Shown in pieces: positions 50,291 to 64,000 of a DNA stretch of 64,000 nt. Position 1 is the stretch's first letter, and the number at the start of each line of letters is the position of its first letter. The notes beneath the pieces are model-generated. The model was not told the origin of the DNA. It made no database searches and was given only the letters and a program-made list of their open reading frames with translations. This DNA comes from Azolla caroliniana (lineage: Eukaryota > Plantae > Polypodiophyta): contig JBHGNT010000009.1 of the NCBI GenBank assembly GCA_043228905.1, positions 16,678,001 through 16,742,000 of the forward strand, given 5' to 3'. The translations under genes and the position numbers were made by a program.

Positions 50291-53200
50291 TGACAAGAAT
50301 GCACGCTCCCTTCCGCCACACTCGGCCACAACCGAGTCTAAAATTGAAACACAGAAAAAACGGATAATGAATGCACGACACAGAGGAGAGAAAAGAGTAC
50401 ACAGGATGTTTACGTGGAAAACCCAAACTAGGGAAAAACCACGGCAGCCCACAGACTGCGAACTATCACTATATCACGAAGATTACAACAGTGAGCTCAC
50501 GGAGGCAATGACCTCGTGCTCACGATCTTCGCCACAGGCGGCGGTTACAACAGAGGCAACGACCTCTTCGTTTCTTTCTCTCTCTCTGTGTGTACACTGT
50601 TGCACTCTAATCTTGAACTAACAAGAATGACAACACCCACAGACATGAACAACAGTTTGCCTTAAGTCATATTTATACTAAAATGACTTTTCGGCTATTT
50701 ACAAATATAGCCCCGATGGACTCTCAGAAACATTTTTACGAATATGTCCCTTCATCCGGTGAGCACTCTTCACTGGGCCTGCATCATCCGACGCTTGTCG
50801 GGCACTCATCATCCGGTTCTCACCGGGTCATCTGTAACCGGGCACTCCTCATCCGGTTCTCACCGGGTCTTCATCATCCGGTTCTCACCGGGTCATTCGT
50901 AGCCGGGTACTCCTCATCCGGTTCTCACCGGGTCATCCGTAGCCGGGTACTCCTCATCCGGAGGGACCTGTTTCGTAACAAACTCCCCCTTCACTCCGGC
51001 ATGAGGTGTCTTACTAATCCGACCCGCTTCCGACATGCATCCAGCTTGTCAGGTGTCAGTACTTTGGTCAGCATATCTGACCCGTTCTCGGTTGTGTGGA
51101 TCTAACTTTCCTCTCCGGTCCTTAGCTACATGCACGTACGCAAGACACCCGAATACCTTCAGATGCCAGTAGGACACTTCCTTACCGGTCCAGACTCTCT
51201 ATGGCGTGTCTCCGTCCAAGGGTACTTAGGGTGATCTGTTTATCACATATGTCGCCGTCAACAATGCCTCAGCCCAAAACTTCTTGGGTAGTTTTGCATG
51301 CGCCAACATACTCTGGACCCTCTCCATTATGGTCCGGTTCATCCTCTCGGCCAGCCCGTTTAGTTCCGTCGTCTTCGGCACGGTAAATTCGAGTCGGATT
51401 CCCTTCGAGTGACAGTACTCCTCGAACTGCCCCCGGTATTCACCTCCGTTATCTGCTCGAACCGCCTTCAGCTTCCGGCCGGTTTCTCTTTCCACTCTCG
51501 CGTGGAGCTCTTTGAAGACGGATAACACTTGATCCTTCGTCTTCAACAGTGTGGCCCACAGCTTCCGGCTATGGCCATCTATGAACGTCACGAAGTACTA
51601 CGATCCTGCATGTGACTTCGTGTCCACTTGACACACATCAGTATGCACCAACTCCAGTGGTGCATTAGGTCTCATCAGTGGCCTCGATCGGAAGGAGGTT
51701 CGGTTTTGCTTTCCGGCCAGACAATCAGTGCACTTCTCCAAGTGCACATTCTTCACTGGAATGAGGTTGTCGTCTGCAAACCTCTTCATCCCCTTCTCGC
51801 TCATGTGACACAGCCTCTTGTGCCACAACTCACCGGTAGTGTCGGATGCCATGTTTACTTCCTCCGGACATAACCGGGCATTCATCAGGTACAGAGTGTT
51901 GACCTTCCGGGCCCGAGCCACAATCAGGCTCCCTTTGCTGAATTTCATAACACCGTTCCGGATGCTACCCGTGTAGCCTTGATCATCTAACCAACCGGCT
52001 GATATTAGGTTTAGACAAACCTCCGGAACGTGTCAGACATCCTTAAGCAGCAGCTTGCATCCGGTTGGTGTTGTCAACCACACATCTCCTATGCCGACAA
52101 TTCGGCATGTACCTTCATTCCCCATCCGGACATAGCCGTGATCACCAGTTGAGTAGGATGAGAAGCATTTCTGGTCCGGGGTAAGGTGGAACGACGCTTC
52201 GGAGTCGACCACCCAGGTCATCTCGTCGCCGGCAAGGTTTATCTCACTCTCCTCGGTGATGAACATCAACTCTTCTTCACTTGCCGCGATTGCCGTCGTT
52301 CCCTTCCGGTCCGGCCCCCTCCAGTCTTTACCGTTCCGGTCCGGTGTCCGCTTCGAATCGGTACCGTCGGTTTCCTTGTCTTTTCGGAAATGCCGACAGT
52401 TCTTCTGGAAGTGTCCCGGCTTGCCGCAATAGAAGCAAGTAGGCCTCCCCCTTGACTTTGACCGTGTCCCCGACTTTTCCCGGTTCTAGGGGCTACGGTT
52501 CCTTTGTCTTCCGCGTTCCGATTCGGTAAGGAGCGCTTTGGAGTCGGAGCTTGTATCCTTATCTTTCCGACGCGCCTCCTCATCTAGCAAGCTCGACTTC
52601 ACTCTTGCTAGGGATAACCGTTTCCCTTCCGGCCCGGCGTTGCCCAAGGTGACAACCAATGTCTCCCAGTTATCTGGGAGGGAACCGAGCAGGAGTAGTG
52701 CTAGTACCTCATCGGCAAGAGGTACTTCCAATGATGTTGTCTGGTGGATCAGCCCCTATAAGGCATTCATGTGCTCCGCCATGCTAGAGCCATCTTGGTA
52801 CCGCAGTCTTACTAGCTTCCAAAATACCGACACTTGATTGACAACATTTTTGTTCTGAAACATAATGCCGATCTTCTCCTAGAGCTCATGAGCCTTGCTC
52901 TCTTCATTGACGTTGTTGTATAGGCTCATGTCGATGAAGCATTGTATGTAAGCCGTTGTCTTCATGTGCATCACCTCCAATATCGCGGCGTCGATTTTGT
53001 TCGGTCTCTTGTCCTCGAACTGAATCGGCAGCCAAAGGTCTTTAACCACGAGCATGTCCCTCATCTTCGACTTCCACACCGAATAGTTGGAGCCGGTGAG
53101 CTTGAACATGCCTCCCAACAAATCGTCCATTTTTCTGTGTAACCTTGCTCCGATACCACTTTGACAGGAATGCACGCTCCCTTCCGCCACACTTGGCCAC

Positions 53201-53440
53201 AACCGAGTCTAAAATCAAAACACAGAAAAAACGGATAATGAATGCACGACACAGAGGAGAGAAAAGAGTACACAGGATGTTTACGTGGAAAACCCAAACT
53301 AGGGAAAAACCACGGTAGCCCACAGACTGTGAACTATCACTATATCACAAAGATTACAACAGTGAGCTCACGGAGGCAACGACCTCGTGCTCACGATCTT
53401 CTCCATAGGCGGCGGTTACAACAGAGGCAACGACCTCTTC

Positions 53441-53481
<41 letters not shown>

Positions 53482-53802
53482 CACTGTTGCACTCTAATCT
53501 TGCGCCAACAAGAATGACAACACCCACAGACATGAACAACAGTTTGCCCTAAGTCATATTTATACTAAAATGACTTTTCGGTTATTTACAAATATAGCCC
53601 CAATGGACTCTCAGAAACATATTTACGAATATGTCCCTTCATCCGGTGAGCACTCTTCACCGGGCATGCTTCATCCGGCGCTTGCCGAGCACTCATCATC
53701 CGGTTCTCACCGGGTCATCCGTAGCCGGGTACTCCTCATCCGGTTCTCACCAGGTCATCCGTAGCCGGGTACCCCTCATCCGGAGGAACCTGTTTCCTAA
53801 CA
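50291..53802 (-). mobile_element. Tork-like copia element lacking RT (non-autonomous deletion derivative)
   Basis: LTRs 50291-50980 and 53162-53802; TSD AGAGA; PBS at 53147-53158; gag-PR-IN joined directly to the RNaseH tail at 51097-51103. Confidence 0.93.
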
Positions 53803-53807
53803 AGAGA

Positions 53808-54760
53808 TTGAGGAGAAAAATTGATTACGGGTGCTTAACCACATCGACCACCCCCTAGAGCAAAGGGAACGACCATCGGTGTCTCATGCCATTTAGTATT
53901 ACCTCATGTTATACCTTGGTAGTTGAATAAAATATCTGAAGAAGAGTGAGCTTAGACTATCACCAAAGTCTTAACAATGACTCGAGATGTTTTAATGAAG
54001 GGGGATAGCAAGTCCTCTTTATATAGCCCATCATCTAAGACTCCTAAACCACCATGTGTCATTAGACCGGGTTGGATACCTAAATAAGTCGTGCAAGTCC
54101 CTCCACCGAACACGTGCAACGTAGCAGAGTCAACGTGTTGTCCATTGGCCAGAAATATAAATACAAAATATGTAAACTCGCCGGTAGGTAGAAAAGTAGG
54201 TGAGGAAATAGGTAAAACTAAAATAGTTGAGTTTTTGAGCCCTCACAATCAATCGATGGCTCGGCTCTGTCTAAAGAAGAAAACTATATAAACCGAGATA
54301 TGCATACCTCGAGGGGGAAGATACCTAGATCATTTAGCAGGATTAATATCGTAGCACGGAGCTCTACACAAAACTGTTTCCGGCTGAGAGCCATGTACTA
54401 TAATCATTGTGAGCTTTCTCATTTAATATAAATCTCGCTCTTACTGTTCCTTCATCTATGTATTTCCCCCGTACTCGTAAACCGAGCTACATCTACGTCT
54501 ACCGGGTTGTAGCCAGTGCACGTTCCCCGTTCCACTAATGTCTTCTCGGTGTAGAAGAAGCCTCCACGTAACACGACCCCTTGATACCGATAGCTTGTGG
54601 GCTCATCGAAGGTGTTTCCTCCAGAAATGGTTAACACAACGATCTCATTCAATCCGGCGAACCTTGCCGTCGCGACACAATAGGAAAAAGAGCAATCCAA
54701 ACCCGTAAAACCGTAGCTTTCATGTTAGAAAGGGAAGAGTCAAATGGCTAAACCCCTAAA
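53808..54760 (-). mobile_element. Degenerate LTR and gypsy-like remnant hosting the 50291-53802 insertion
   Basis: LTR-like end TGTGAGGGCTC on the minus strand at 54247, TATA-like CTATATAAAG, TISGG-like peptide nearby; boundaries uncertain. Confidence 0.35.
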
Positions 54761-54790
54761 TCTTTAATTTTCTAAAAAGGGGGAGGTGCC

Positions 54791-56497
54791 ATGTGTCGAG
54801 ACCGAACCAAGATGGATCGGTCGCAAGTCGAACCAATGCACATCAAGAAGGGCTAATGGAGCGGTTTAGGGTTGAACCAAGAATGTAACTAAACATCCAT
54901 AAACAATTATGTATAAATAAACCTGATTGCGAATAGAAGAGGAATCCGAATGAATTCGGTTGTAGACGTGTACGTCACAATATATTGGGATAGGAATGTT
55001 TGTGTTAACGTGTTTAGGGGACAAAACAAGCATTAAGTGTAATGTTCATCTAAAGTTTGGCTATATGGTACAAGAGAATATTAGTCAAGACTGAAGAGAA
55101 CACAACAACAAACAAACAAAAGAATGACCAAGTTAATCTTGAAAAGCATATTCATTCATTTCCTGTTGAGAAGTTGTAAGCATATTGACATGACTAAAAA
55201 AATTCGTTTTAAGGGCTATTAACACTAAGAAACGAGGAATGTCCTCTCTGTTGAAAGTTACATACACATACATACTTTGATTGTGTTGAGCTTCTTTTAT
55301 TCTGGCCCAAGTGTTTTAAATAAGACTAGGTTGATTTAGGGCTTTGGATGTAAGGTAAGATGGTAAAGATCGTCTGCAGTATTGGAGTTGAGAACTTTAT
55401 AAATGCAACAAGGATCGAAATGACTGACCATAACCATGGTTGAGAAAAATGGTTGGCCTCAAATTCCACATACCAGTCAACCCAATGGGAGGAATGGTGG
55501 GCTAGTCTATCATAGACCATCTCTTCCCATTTTTCCAAGTGAGGTTTCCTTGACATTGATGCCCCCTGCACATGTTGTTCCACATGTCGATCAACTTCTC
55601 GTCATTCCTGAGGCCGCCATTTACTATTACATTCGCCTTTGTCAAGATGTGGACATCATCTTCCTTCTCAATGAGCAATGCCCATGATCATTGCATACCT
55701 CGCGAACTCTTTTTGTTGTTTATGGAGGCTTGTGTTGGGGCTTTGTCCACTCAAGTGGAGCCCACAACATTGAGTTGGCTGAACGCCGAATAGGCTTAAG
55801 GCAAATTATAAGAAAAGTTATAATTAGTTGTATTTATATTTATATATATATGTATGCGTTTTTCTTTTTTGTATGTTTTCTTGGGTGTGTCTTTTGTGTG
55901 TGTGTCTGTGTGTGAACACAGATATAAACGTTGGACTACAAGAAGACAGAAAGAGAAAAATAGAGAATAGAAAAAGGGAGAGAGCGTGACCTATTTTTTT
56001 ACATAGAAAAACAGAAAATAGAGTGAGAGAAAAACAGAGAACGAAAGAGTGAGAGCAAGAGGAAGAGTTTTCTACCAAAGTGCAAAAGTGGAGACCTCTC
56101 TACGAGGGGTTGTTCGTGCTATCAGAGAACCACGATTGAACAACAACTATCCTGTCTACTTTGCATCAGGTTTCCTCGTTTCATGTTTTTCCTTGTTTCC
56201 ATTTTTGTTAGTTTTTCTATCCACCCAATTGGGTGAGGAATTGTAATCATGGCTACTGCCTTAGCATATACATCCCTCTAGTCGAAGCTAGAGAGGTTGT
56301 ATTCGTTTGTACTAAAAAAAATAGTGAACTTGTTTTGAACCCGAAGAGGTTCCATGGTTTTTTCCTATTTTGGGTTTTCCACGTTAAAATTTTTGGTGTA
56401 CTCTCATTTTTGTCTTGTGGTTTCATCTATTGTTTAATTTGTCTTGATTGAGTTGGTAGTCCAAATCATCCCGATTCGGATTCATATTCCTAACTAA
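54791..56497 (+). mobile_element. Old copia LTR region followed by a PBS split by the next insertion
   Basis: U5-type motif GGTTTTTTCC..GGGTTTTCCACG near 56356-56383, then TGGTATTA|GAG; left boundary uncertain. Confidence 0.5.
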
Positions 56498-56505
56498 TGG
56501 TATTA

Positions 56506-59500
56506 TGTTAGAAATTGGCGCTTTCAAAACCTTCACCTCTCGGCCACAACCGAGGAAACACGAGTCAATGCAGCAGTAAATCGAAAACACAGAGAGAGAC
56601 TCGAATGCACAGGGTTTAGCGTGGAAAACCCTAGACGGGAAAAACCACGGGAGTGCAAGACTCCAACTATCACTATACGCAGGGAATGTACAATGGCGAG
56701 CTGCAAGGCGACGACCTTGAGCTCGCTGTCCTCGCCACAGGCGGCGGTATTACATAGAGGCGTCGACCTCTTCCTTTCTCTCTCTCTCACTCTCTCTCTC
56801 TAAGTGGAAAAACAGGAAAAATGAGCAACAACAACAAAACTGTTTGCCCTAAGTCATATTTATACACATATGACTTTCGGGCTATTTACAAGTATAGCCT
56901 AGAGGGCCCTTGGCAAACATATTCACAAATATGTCCCCGCATCCGGATCTCTCTCCGGGTACATTCGTCATCCGGCTCCGTAGCCGGAGTCTTCATCATC
57001 CGGTTCCGATACCGGGTACTCCTCATTCGGGTCTTCATTCCCGATTCCCGGACATCTGACCATCCCATCCGGAGGGACCGTAATCCCAACAAACTCCCCC
57101 TTCACTTCGGCATGGGATGTCTTTCCAGTCCGACCCTCTTCCGGCACGCTTCCAGCTTGTCGGGTGTGAGCACTTTGGTCAGCATATCTGACCCGTTCTC
57201 GTCCGTGTGGATCTTCGTCAGCACGAACTCCTGGTCTTCTATCCTTTCCTGGATCCAGTGATATCTTCGCTGGATGTGCTTCGTCCGGGAGTGATAGGCC
57301 GCATTCTTCGCAAGGTGGATGGCACTCTGACTGTCGCAGTAGAGTCGGTACTCCTCCTGCCGGATACCGAGATCTCTAATGAAGTCCTTCATCCATATTA
57401 TTTCCTTGCCGGCTTCAACAGCCGCCATGTACTCCGCCTCCGTGGTTGACAACGCAACCGTCTTCTACAGCCTCGACTGCCACGAAACAGCTCCCCCTGC
57501 ATACGTCATCACATACCCTGATGTGGACCGGCTGGTATCTGCATCAGCCGACATATCCGAATCGGTAAAGCCATCGAGTTCGGGCTTACCGGAGCCGAAT
57601 CGGAGGCACACGTTTGCCGTGCCCTTTATTTAGGTATCGGAGTATCCACTTGGCCGCGTTCCAGTGCTCTTTGCCGGGATTGCTCATGTACCGGCTCACC
57701 ACTCCGACTGCATATCCTATGTCCGGTCTTGTACACACCATTGCGTACACCAAGCTTCCGACGGCAGAGGCATATGGTACTTTCATCATGTCCTCCTTCT
57801 CAGCCTTTGTCTTGGGGCTTTGCTTGCTGGACAGCTTGCAGTTTGCCGGGAGGGTTGACCCGACCGGTCTTGCTTCCGACATGTTGAACCGGTGAAGCAC
57901 CTTTGTCACGTACTTCTCCTATGACAGCCACAACTGCTTCTTCTTCCGGTCCCGGATGATGTGCATCCCTAGTATTTGCCTCGCCGGACCCAGGTCCTTC
58001 ATTGAGAAGGTTCGGTGAAGCGCTTTCTTCAGCATCCGTATCTTGACCTGGTCCCGTCCGACGATCAACATGTCGTCCACGTACAAGAGGAGTATTAGAA
58101 AGTCTCCTCCTTCGAACTTCTTCACAAACACGCAGTGATCGGATTGCGTTTTGTGGTACCCTTCGTCGGTCATGAAAGAGTCGAACTTCCGGTACCATTG
58201 CCAGGGAGCCTGCTTCAGTCCGTAAAGGCTCTTCTTCAACCGGCATACCAAGTGCTCCTTCCCTTTCTTCTCGAATCCTTCCGGTTGCTACATGTAGATC
58301 TCTTCTTCGAGGTCACCGTGAAGGAATGCCGTCTTCACGTCCATCTGTTCTACCTCGAGGTCCATGCTTGCCGCTATGCTCAACACCGTCTGGATGGAGG
58401 TCATCTTCACTACCGGGGCAAATATCTCGTCGAAGTCGATGCCCTTCTTCTGCTGGAACCCCTTCACCACGATCCTGGCTTTGTATCTCGGGGGGTTTCC
58501 GGCATCTCCCGGTTTCAGCTTGAACACCCACTTGTTTCGAAGTGCCCGCTTTCCTTTCGGCAACTCCACAAGTTCATATGTGTGGTTCTCATGCAGGGAA
58601 TCCATCTCCTCCTGCATGGCACTTAACCACCTGCGGCTATGGGTGTCAAGCTTTGCTTCTTCAAAACTCTCCGGCTCCCCCTCGTCGGTTAGCAGCACGT
58701 GCTCTGGTTCCGGAAATCTCTGGGGGGCCCTTCTCTCTCTTAGAGGATATCTCCGTTCCGGAGCTTCGGTAACCGGCTCCTTCGTTTCCTCTTCATCCGA
58801 ATCCATTTCGGGATCGGGGCCGGTTCCGGTATCAGTTTCATCTTCCTCGGCCAGTTCTGTTTCTTCACCGTCTTCGGCCGGATCCTCGAGTGCTAACCGG
58901 TCCCTTGCCGGTCGGGACTGCTCCTCGTAGAGTTGATCCTCACCGGTCGACTTGGAGCTCTTCATCTTCTTCTCCGACTCCTAGTCGGCGAGTGTCTTGT
59001 CCTCCATGAAGATGATATCACGACTCCGGAATATCTTTTTGTCGACCGGGTCCCATACTCGGTAGCCGAACTCGTCATCGCCGTAACCGAGGAATATGCA
59101 TGGCCGGGTCTTTGGATCTAGCTTTCCTCTCCGGTCCTTTGCCACATGCACATATGCGAGACACCCGAACACCTTCAGATGCCGGTAGGATACTTCCCTA
59201 CCGGTCCACACTCTCTGCGGCGTGTCTCCGTCCAAAGGTACTGAGGGTGATCTGTTTATCACGTATGTCGCCGTCGACATTGCCTTAGCCCAAAACCCCT
59301 TGGGTAATTTCGCATGCGCCAGCATACTCCGGACCCTCTCCATTATGGTCCGGTTCATCCTCTCGGCCAGCCCGTTCAGTTTCGGCGTCTTCGGCACAGT
59401 AAACTCGAGCCGGATTCCCTTCGAGCGACAGTACTCCTCGAACTGCCCCCGGTATTCCCCTCCGTTATCCGCTCGTATCGCTTTCAGCTTCTTGCCGGAT

Positions 59501-61475
59501 TCCCTTTCCACTCTCGCGTGGAGTTCTTTGAAGACGCACAACACTTGGTCCTTTATCTTCAACGGTGCCGTCCACAGCTTTCGGCTGTGGTCATCAATGA
59601 ATGTCACGAAGTACTGGGCTCCGCCATGTGACTTCGTTTCTACTTGACACACGTCAGTGTGCACCAACTCCAATGGTGCGCTACGTCTCGTCGGTGGCCT
59701 TGAGTGGAAGGAGGTTCGGTTCTGCTTACCGGCCAGGCAATCGGTGCACTTCTCCAGGTGCACATGCTTCACTGGGATAAGGTTGTCTTCTGCAAGCCTC
59801 TTCATCCCCTTCTCACTCATGTGGCACAGTCTCTTGTGCCACAGCTCACCGGCAGTGTCGGCTGCCACGTTCAACTCCTCCGGACACAACCAGGCATTCA
59901 TAAGGTACAGTGTGTTGACTTTCCGGGCCCGAGCCACTATCAGGCTCCCCTTGCTGAACTTCATTACGCAGTTCCGGATGCTACCTGTGTAGCCTTCATC
60001 GTCTAGTCTCCCGGCCGAAATCAGGTTCAATCGAACCTCCGGAACGTGTCGGACATCCTTCAGCAACATTTTGCATCCGGTCGAGGTTGTCAACCACACG
60101 TCTCCTATGCCGGCAATCCGGCACGTACCTTCATTTCCCATCCGAACACAACCATGCTCACCGGCAGTGTAGGATGAGAAGTATCTTCTTTCCGGGGTCA
60201 GGTGGAACGACGCTCCGGAATCGACCACCCAGGTAGTCTCATCGCCGGCAATGTTTAGTTCACCTTCTTCGGTGATGAGCATGATCTCCTCTTCACTTGC
60301 CGCGAGTGCTGTCGTTCCTTTCCGGTCCTGCCCTCGCCGATCCGAACCATTCCGGTCCGTGGCTCCCCGGTAAGCACCGTTCCGTTCCGAAGACTTCTTC
60401 GAATCGGTGTCGTCGGCTCCGTTGTCTTTTCGGTAATGCCGACAATTCTTTCGGAAGTGCCCCGGCTTCCCACAGTGGAAGCATGTGGGCCTTCCTCTTG
60501 ACTGCGACCGGGTCCCCGACTTCTCCCGTCTTTGCGGACTCTGGTTCCGTTGTCTTCCCCGATCCGATTTGGTAAGCAGCATCTTCGGATCGGAGGCCGG
60601 TTCTTTATCTCTCCGACGCGCTTCTTCGTTCAAAATGCTTGTCTTTACCGTTTGTAGGGACAAGTTATCTTCGGTGCAGGAGGTGCTGAGAGTCACCACC
60701 AAGTTCTCCCAGCTTTCCGGCAATGTACACATCAGCATGATGGCTTGCATTGCATCCTCCAACGGGAACTTGATCGCCGCAAGCTGGTTCACGAATCCCA
60801 TGAACGTGCTTACGTGTTCCACCATACTCTCGCCGTCCCGGTACTTGAGGTTCACTATCTTCCTCATCAGGGAGGTCCGGTTCAACACATTCTTCCTCTC
60901 GTAGAGGCCCGACAGCTTCTGCCACATCTCATATGCGTTGGTGTCGTTCGCCACATGTTGTAGAACGCTCACGTCGACGTGTTGCCGAATGGTTGCAACG
61001 GCTTTCCGGTTCAGAAGCCTCCATTCCGTCTCAAGTACCCCCTTGGGTATTTCCGACCTGTCGATTGGTTCATACAGGTCCCGAACAATGAGCAGATCCT
61101 CCATCTTTATCTTCCAGTCGGCGTAGTTCTACGCATTCAGCACCATCATCCCCGGCTGCCCGCTGCTGCCGCCTTCCATTTTCTGCACTGCAGTCGCTCT
61201 GATACCAGATTGTTAGAAATTGGCGCTTTCAAAACCTTCACCTCTCGGCCACAACCGAGGAAACACGAGTCAATGCAGCAGTAAATCGAAAACACAGAGA
61301 GAGACTCGAATGCACAGGGTTTAGCGTGGAAAACCCTAGACGGGAAAAACCACGGGAGTGCAAGACTCCAACTATCACTATACGCAGGGAATGTACAATG
61401 GCGAGCTGCAAGGTGACGACCTTGAGCTCGTTGTCCTCGCCACAGGCGGCGGTATTACATAGAGGCGTCGACCTC

Positions 61476-61506
<31 letters not shown>

Positions 61507-61796
61507 AAGTGGAAAAACAGGAAAAATGAGCAACAACAACAAAACTGTTTGCCCTAAGTCATATTTATACACATATGACTTTCGGGCTATTTACAAGTAT
61601 AGCCTAGAGGGCCCTTGGCAAACATATTCACAAATATGTCCCCGCATCCGGATCTCTCTCCGGGTACATTCGTCATCCGGCTCCGTAGCCGGAGTCTTCA
61701 TCATCCGGTTCCGATACCGGGTACTCCTCATTCGGGTCTTCATTCCCGATTCCCGGACATCTGACCATCCCATCCGGAGGGACCGTAATCCCAACA
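56506..61796 (-). mobile_element. Young full-length Tork/Tnt1-like copia retrotransposon
   Basis: 586-bp LTRs 56506-57091 and 61211-61796 differing at about 3 positions; TSD TATTA; PBS at 61196-61207; PPT next to 57092. Confidence 0.97.
57102..61179 (-). pseudogene. Copia gag-pol with 5 TAG stops and a frameshift
   Basis: CCHC CFHCGKPGHFRKNC, PR VDSGAS, IN, RT YVDD, RH HSRTKHI. Confidence 0.92.
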
Positions 61797-61888
61797 TATT
61801 AGAGTAGAGGTTCATACCTCTACAAAGACTTGGAATATGGATGAATCATTAGACTTGGAATAATTGTAAGGGGAGGTCTAAATCTAGA

Positions 61889-61942
61889 TGTTAAGAAATG
61901 GAATGGCAAGAGTGGTTGTAATGCAGCGGAAGGTGAGCATAT

Positions 61943-61981
<39 letters not shown>

Positions 61982-64000
61982 ACAGCAGAGAGAGAGAGAG
62001 AGAGCTCAAGAGACAGAGATAGACAAAAGTATATACGATATTAACAAGACGAGATACATCCAACAATAACTAAATTACAATGGGTTGGTTTATATACCAA
62101 CTAAGCTAGGGCAAGCGCCCTTTCTACTATTTACACAACTAGCTTGGAGTGTCCATGAGCTAGTGTGAAACCTATCTATGGGAAGTTGAGTTCGATTCTC
62201 AACACGCCCCTTCGAACACAACTTCCATCTGTCGGAAAGTCATTCGGTTCATACTTCAACTTGTCTAGGCAGTTGTGTTGTGTATTGCGTAGCCTATCCG
62301 TGTTGCGTTTGTGTATGTTGCGTCTACATCTACGTACTCCCCCTCAAGCTTGGCAATGTGGACGTCGTGAGACGAAGCTCCGAGGCAAATTGCCCGAGCT
62401 TGTTGATGCCTAAGGCCTTCGTAAAGATATCCGCGACTTGTAGGTGTGTGTTGATGTGTTGGTGGTCAATTTCTCCGGCCTAGACGCGCTCACGGATGAA
62501 GTGGTAGTGCACTTCGATATGTTTAGTCTGCGTGTGAAATATGGGGTTACGTGCGAGGTAGATACTGCTCATGTTGTCGCAGTACAGGCATATTGGATCT
62601 TTGATGGGTACGCCCAGCTCTTTTAGTATACGCCTAAGCCATACAGCTTCGCATGCAGCGACAACCGCGCCCCTGTATTCGGCTTCAGTGCTCGACAGTG
62701 CGACTATCGGCTGTTTCTTGTTGCTCCAGGAGATCGCTCCGCTGCCGAGGGAGAAAACGAATCTGGATGTGGATCGTCTATCCGCTTTGTATCCTGCCCA
62801 GTCGGCGTCTATCTACCCTTCAAGTCGAATGGTCGTATTCGACTTATACAGGATGTCGTGATCCATTGTTGTACTAACATACCGTAGTATCCTCTTAGCA
62901 TAATCGAGATGATGGTTACGCGGATTCTGCATGAATTGGCTAAGTAGGCCGACCGAATAACTTAGGTTGGGTCGCGTAATGGTGAGATATATCAAGCTAC
63001 CGATCAGTTGGCGATACTGAGTCGGTTCAGTCTCGACCGTGCCAAAACTGGCATCAATCTTGATGTTGCGATCAAGAGGGGCAGTCACAAGTTTGCACTT
63101 TGTCATTCCAAATTTGTACAGTAGGTTGAGGACGTAGTGTCGTTGTGAGATCATTATCCCGACTGGTGTCCGAATTACTTCAATACCTAGGAAGTAATGA
63201 AGCTCGTGTAGGTCTATCGTTTCGAATATGTCGGAAAGAAGAGATTTAACTTTGCTAATCTCGGCAAGATCCTTTCCTCCGATGACCAAATCATCCACGT
63301 ACAAGATGATGATTATCGGGCTATCCAACTCGTTTCGGATGTACAGGGAAGTGTCAGATTTTGACATCTGAAATCCGACTTGATGAAGATACTACGTGAT
63401 CTTTGAATGCCAAGCACGTGGTACTTGTTTGAGGTCGTAAAGTGGCTTCTTGAGTCGGCATACGGCGTGTGGATGAGTATGTGATTCGAATCCAGGTGGG
63501 TGTGTCATATACACTTCTTCTTCTAGCTCACCTTGGAGGAAAGCGTTTTTCACGTCCATCTGATGGAGGTGCCACCCTTTTGTTGCTGCTAGCACGATTA
63601 CGGTTCGTACTGTCGTCATCATTGCCACCGGGGCAAAGGTTTCTTTGTAATATATGTTGTGGGTCTGTGTGTAGCCTTTTGTAATGAGCCGTGCTTTGAA
63701 GCGATTTATGGAACCATCAGCATTGTGCTTCACCTTGTAAATCCACCTGCAACCAATTGGTTTCTTATTTGCGGGGAGAGAAACAAGATCCTAGGTCTCA
63801 TTTTTGCATAACGCTTCCATCTCCTCATTCATCGCGTTGAACCATTGCGGATCCTTTGTGGCTTCGGAAAGTGTTTCCGGTGCCTGTACTGACGCTACCT
63901 TCATCATGAATGCGTAATGATATGCCATGTATTCGTCATAGCCGTAGCGGTTTACAGGGTTCTTCCCGCGCATGGATCGGCGTGGCTTGTCATTTGTGGG
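61889..64000 (-). mobile_element. Decayed copia element: RT-RNaseH, PPT and 3' LTR (61889-62204); runs off the window
   Basis: LTR TGTTAAGAA...TTCTCAACA; PPT next to 62205; RT YVDD and HQMDVKNAF; related to the 4001-10361 family. Confidence 0.88.

Overview
Eukaryotic plant nuclear DNA, probably from a fern or other non-seed plant (inferred from a fern-like PLS-class PPR gene and a Tcn1-like chromovirus). It is almost entirely nested LTR retrotransposons (Ty1/copia Bianca-like, Tork-like and other families; Ty3/gypsy chromoviral and non-chromoviral), most with identifiable LTRs, PBS/PPT and target-site duplications. There is also one Mutator-type MITE and one host PPR gene (47.4-49.65 kb, minus strand). 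The standout is a complete 12.4-kb DNA transposon (20920-33337; 25-bp TIRs starting GGG; 4-bp TTAT TSD) with a spliced Sola2-like DDD transposase. It carries convergent cargo: a 5-exon RING-H2 protein and an FCP1/NIF-like pseudophosphatase domain. The long intron of each gene is an array of the palindrome TAGCTAATTAGCTA, which also lies just inside both TIRs. This architecture resembles a sequence-specific anti-silencing system, which is an inference. All family assignments come from motif recognition by eye, not from database searches.
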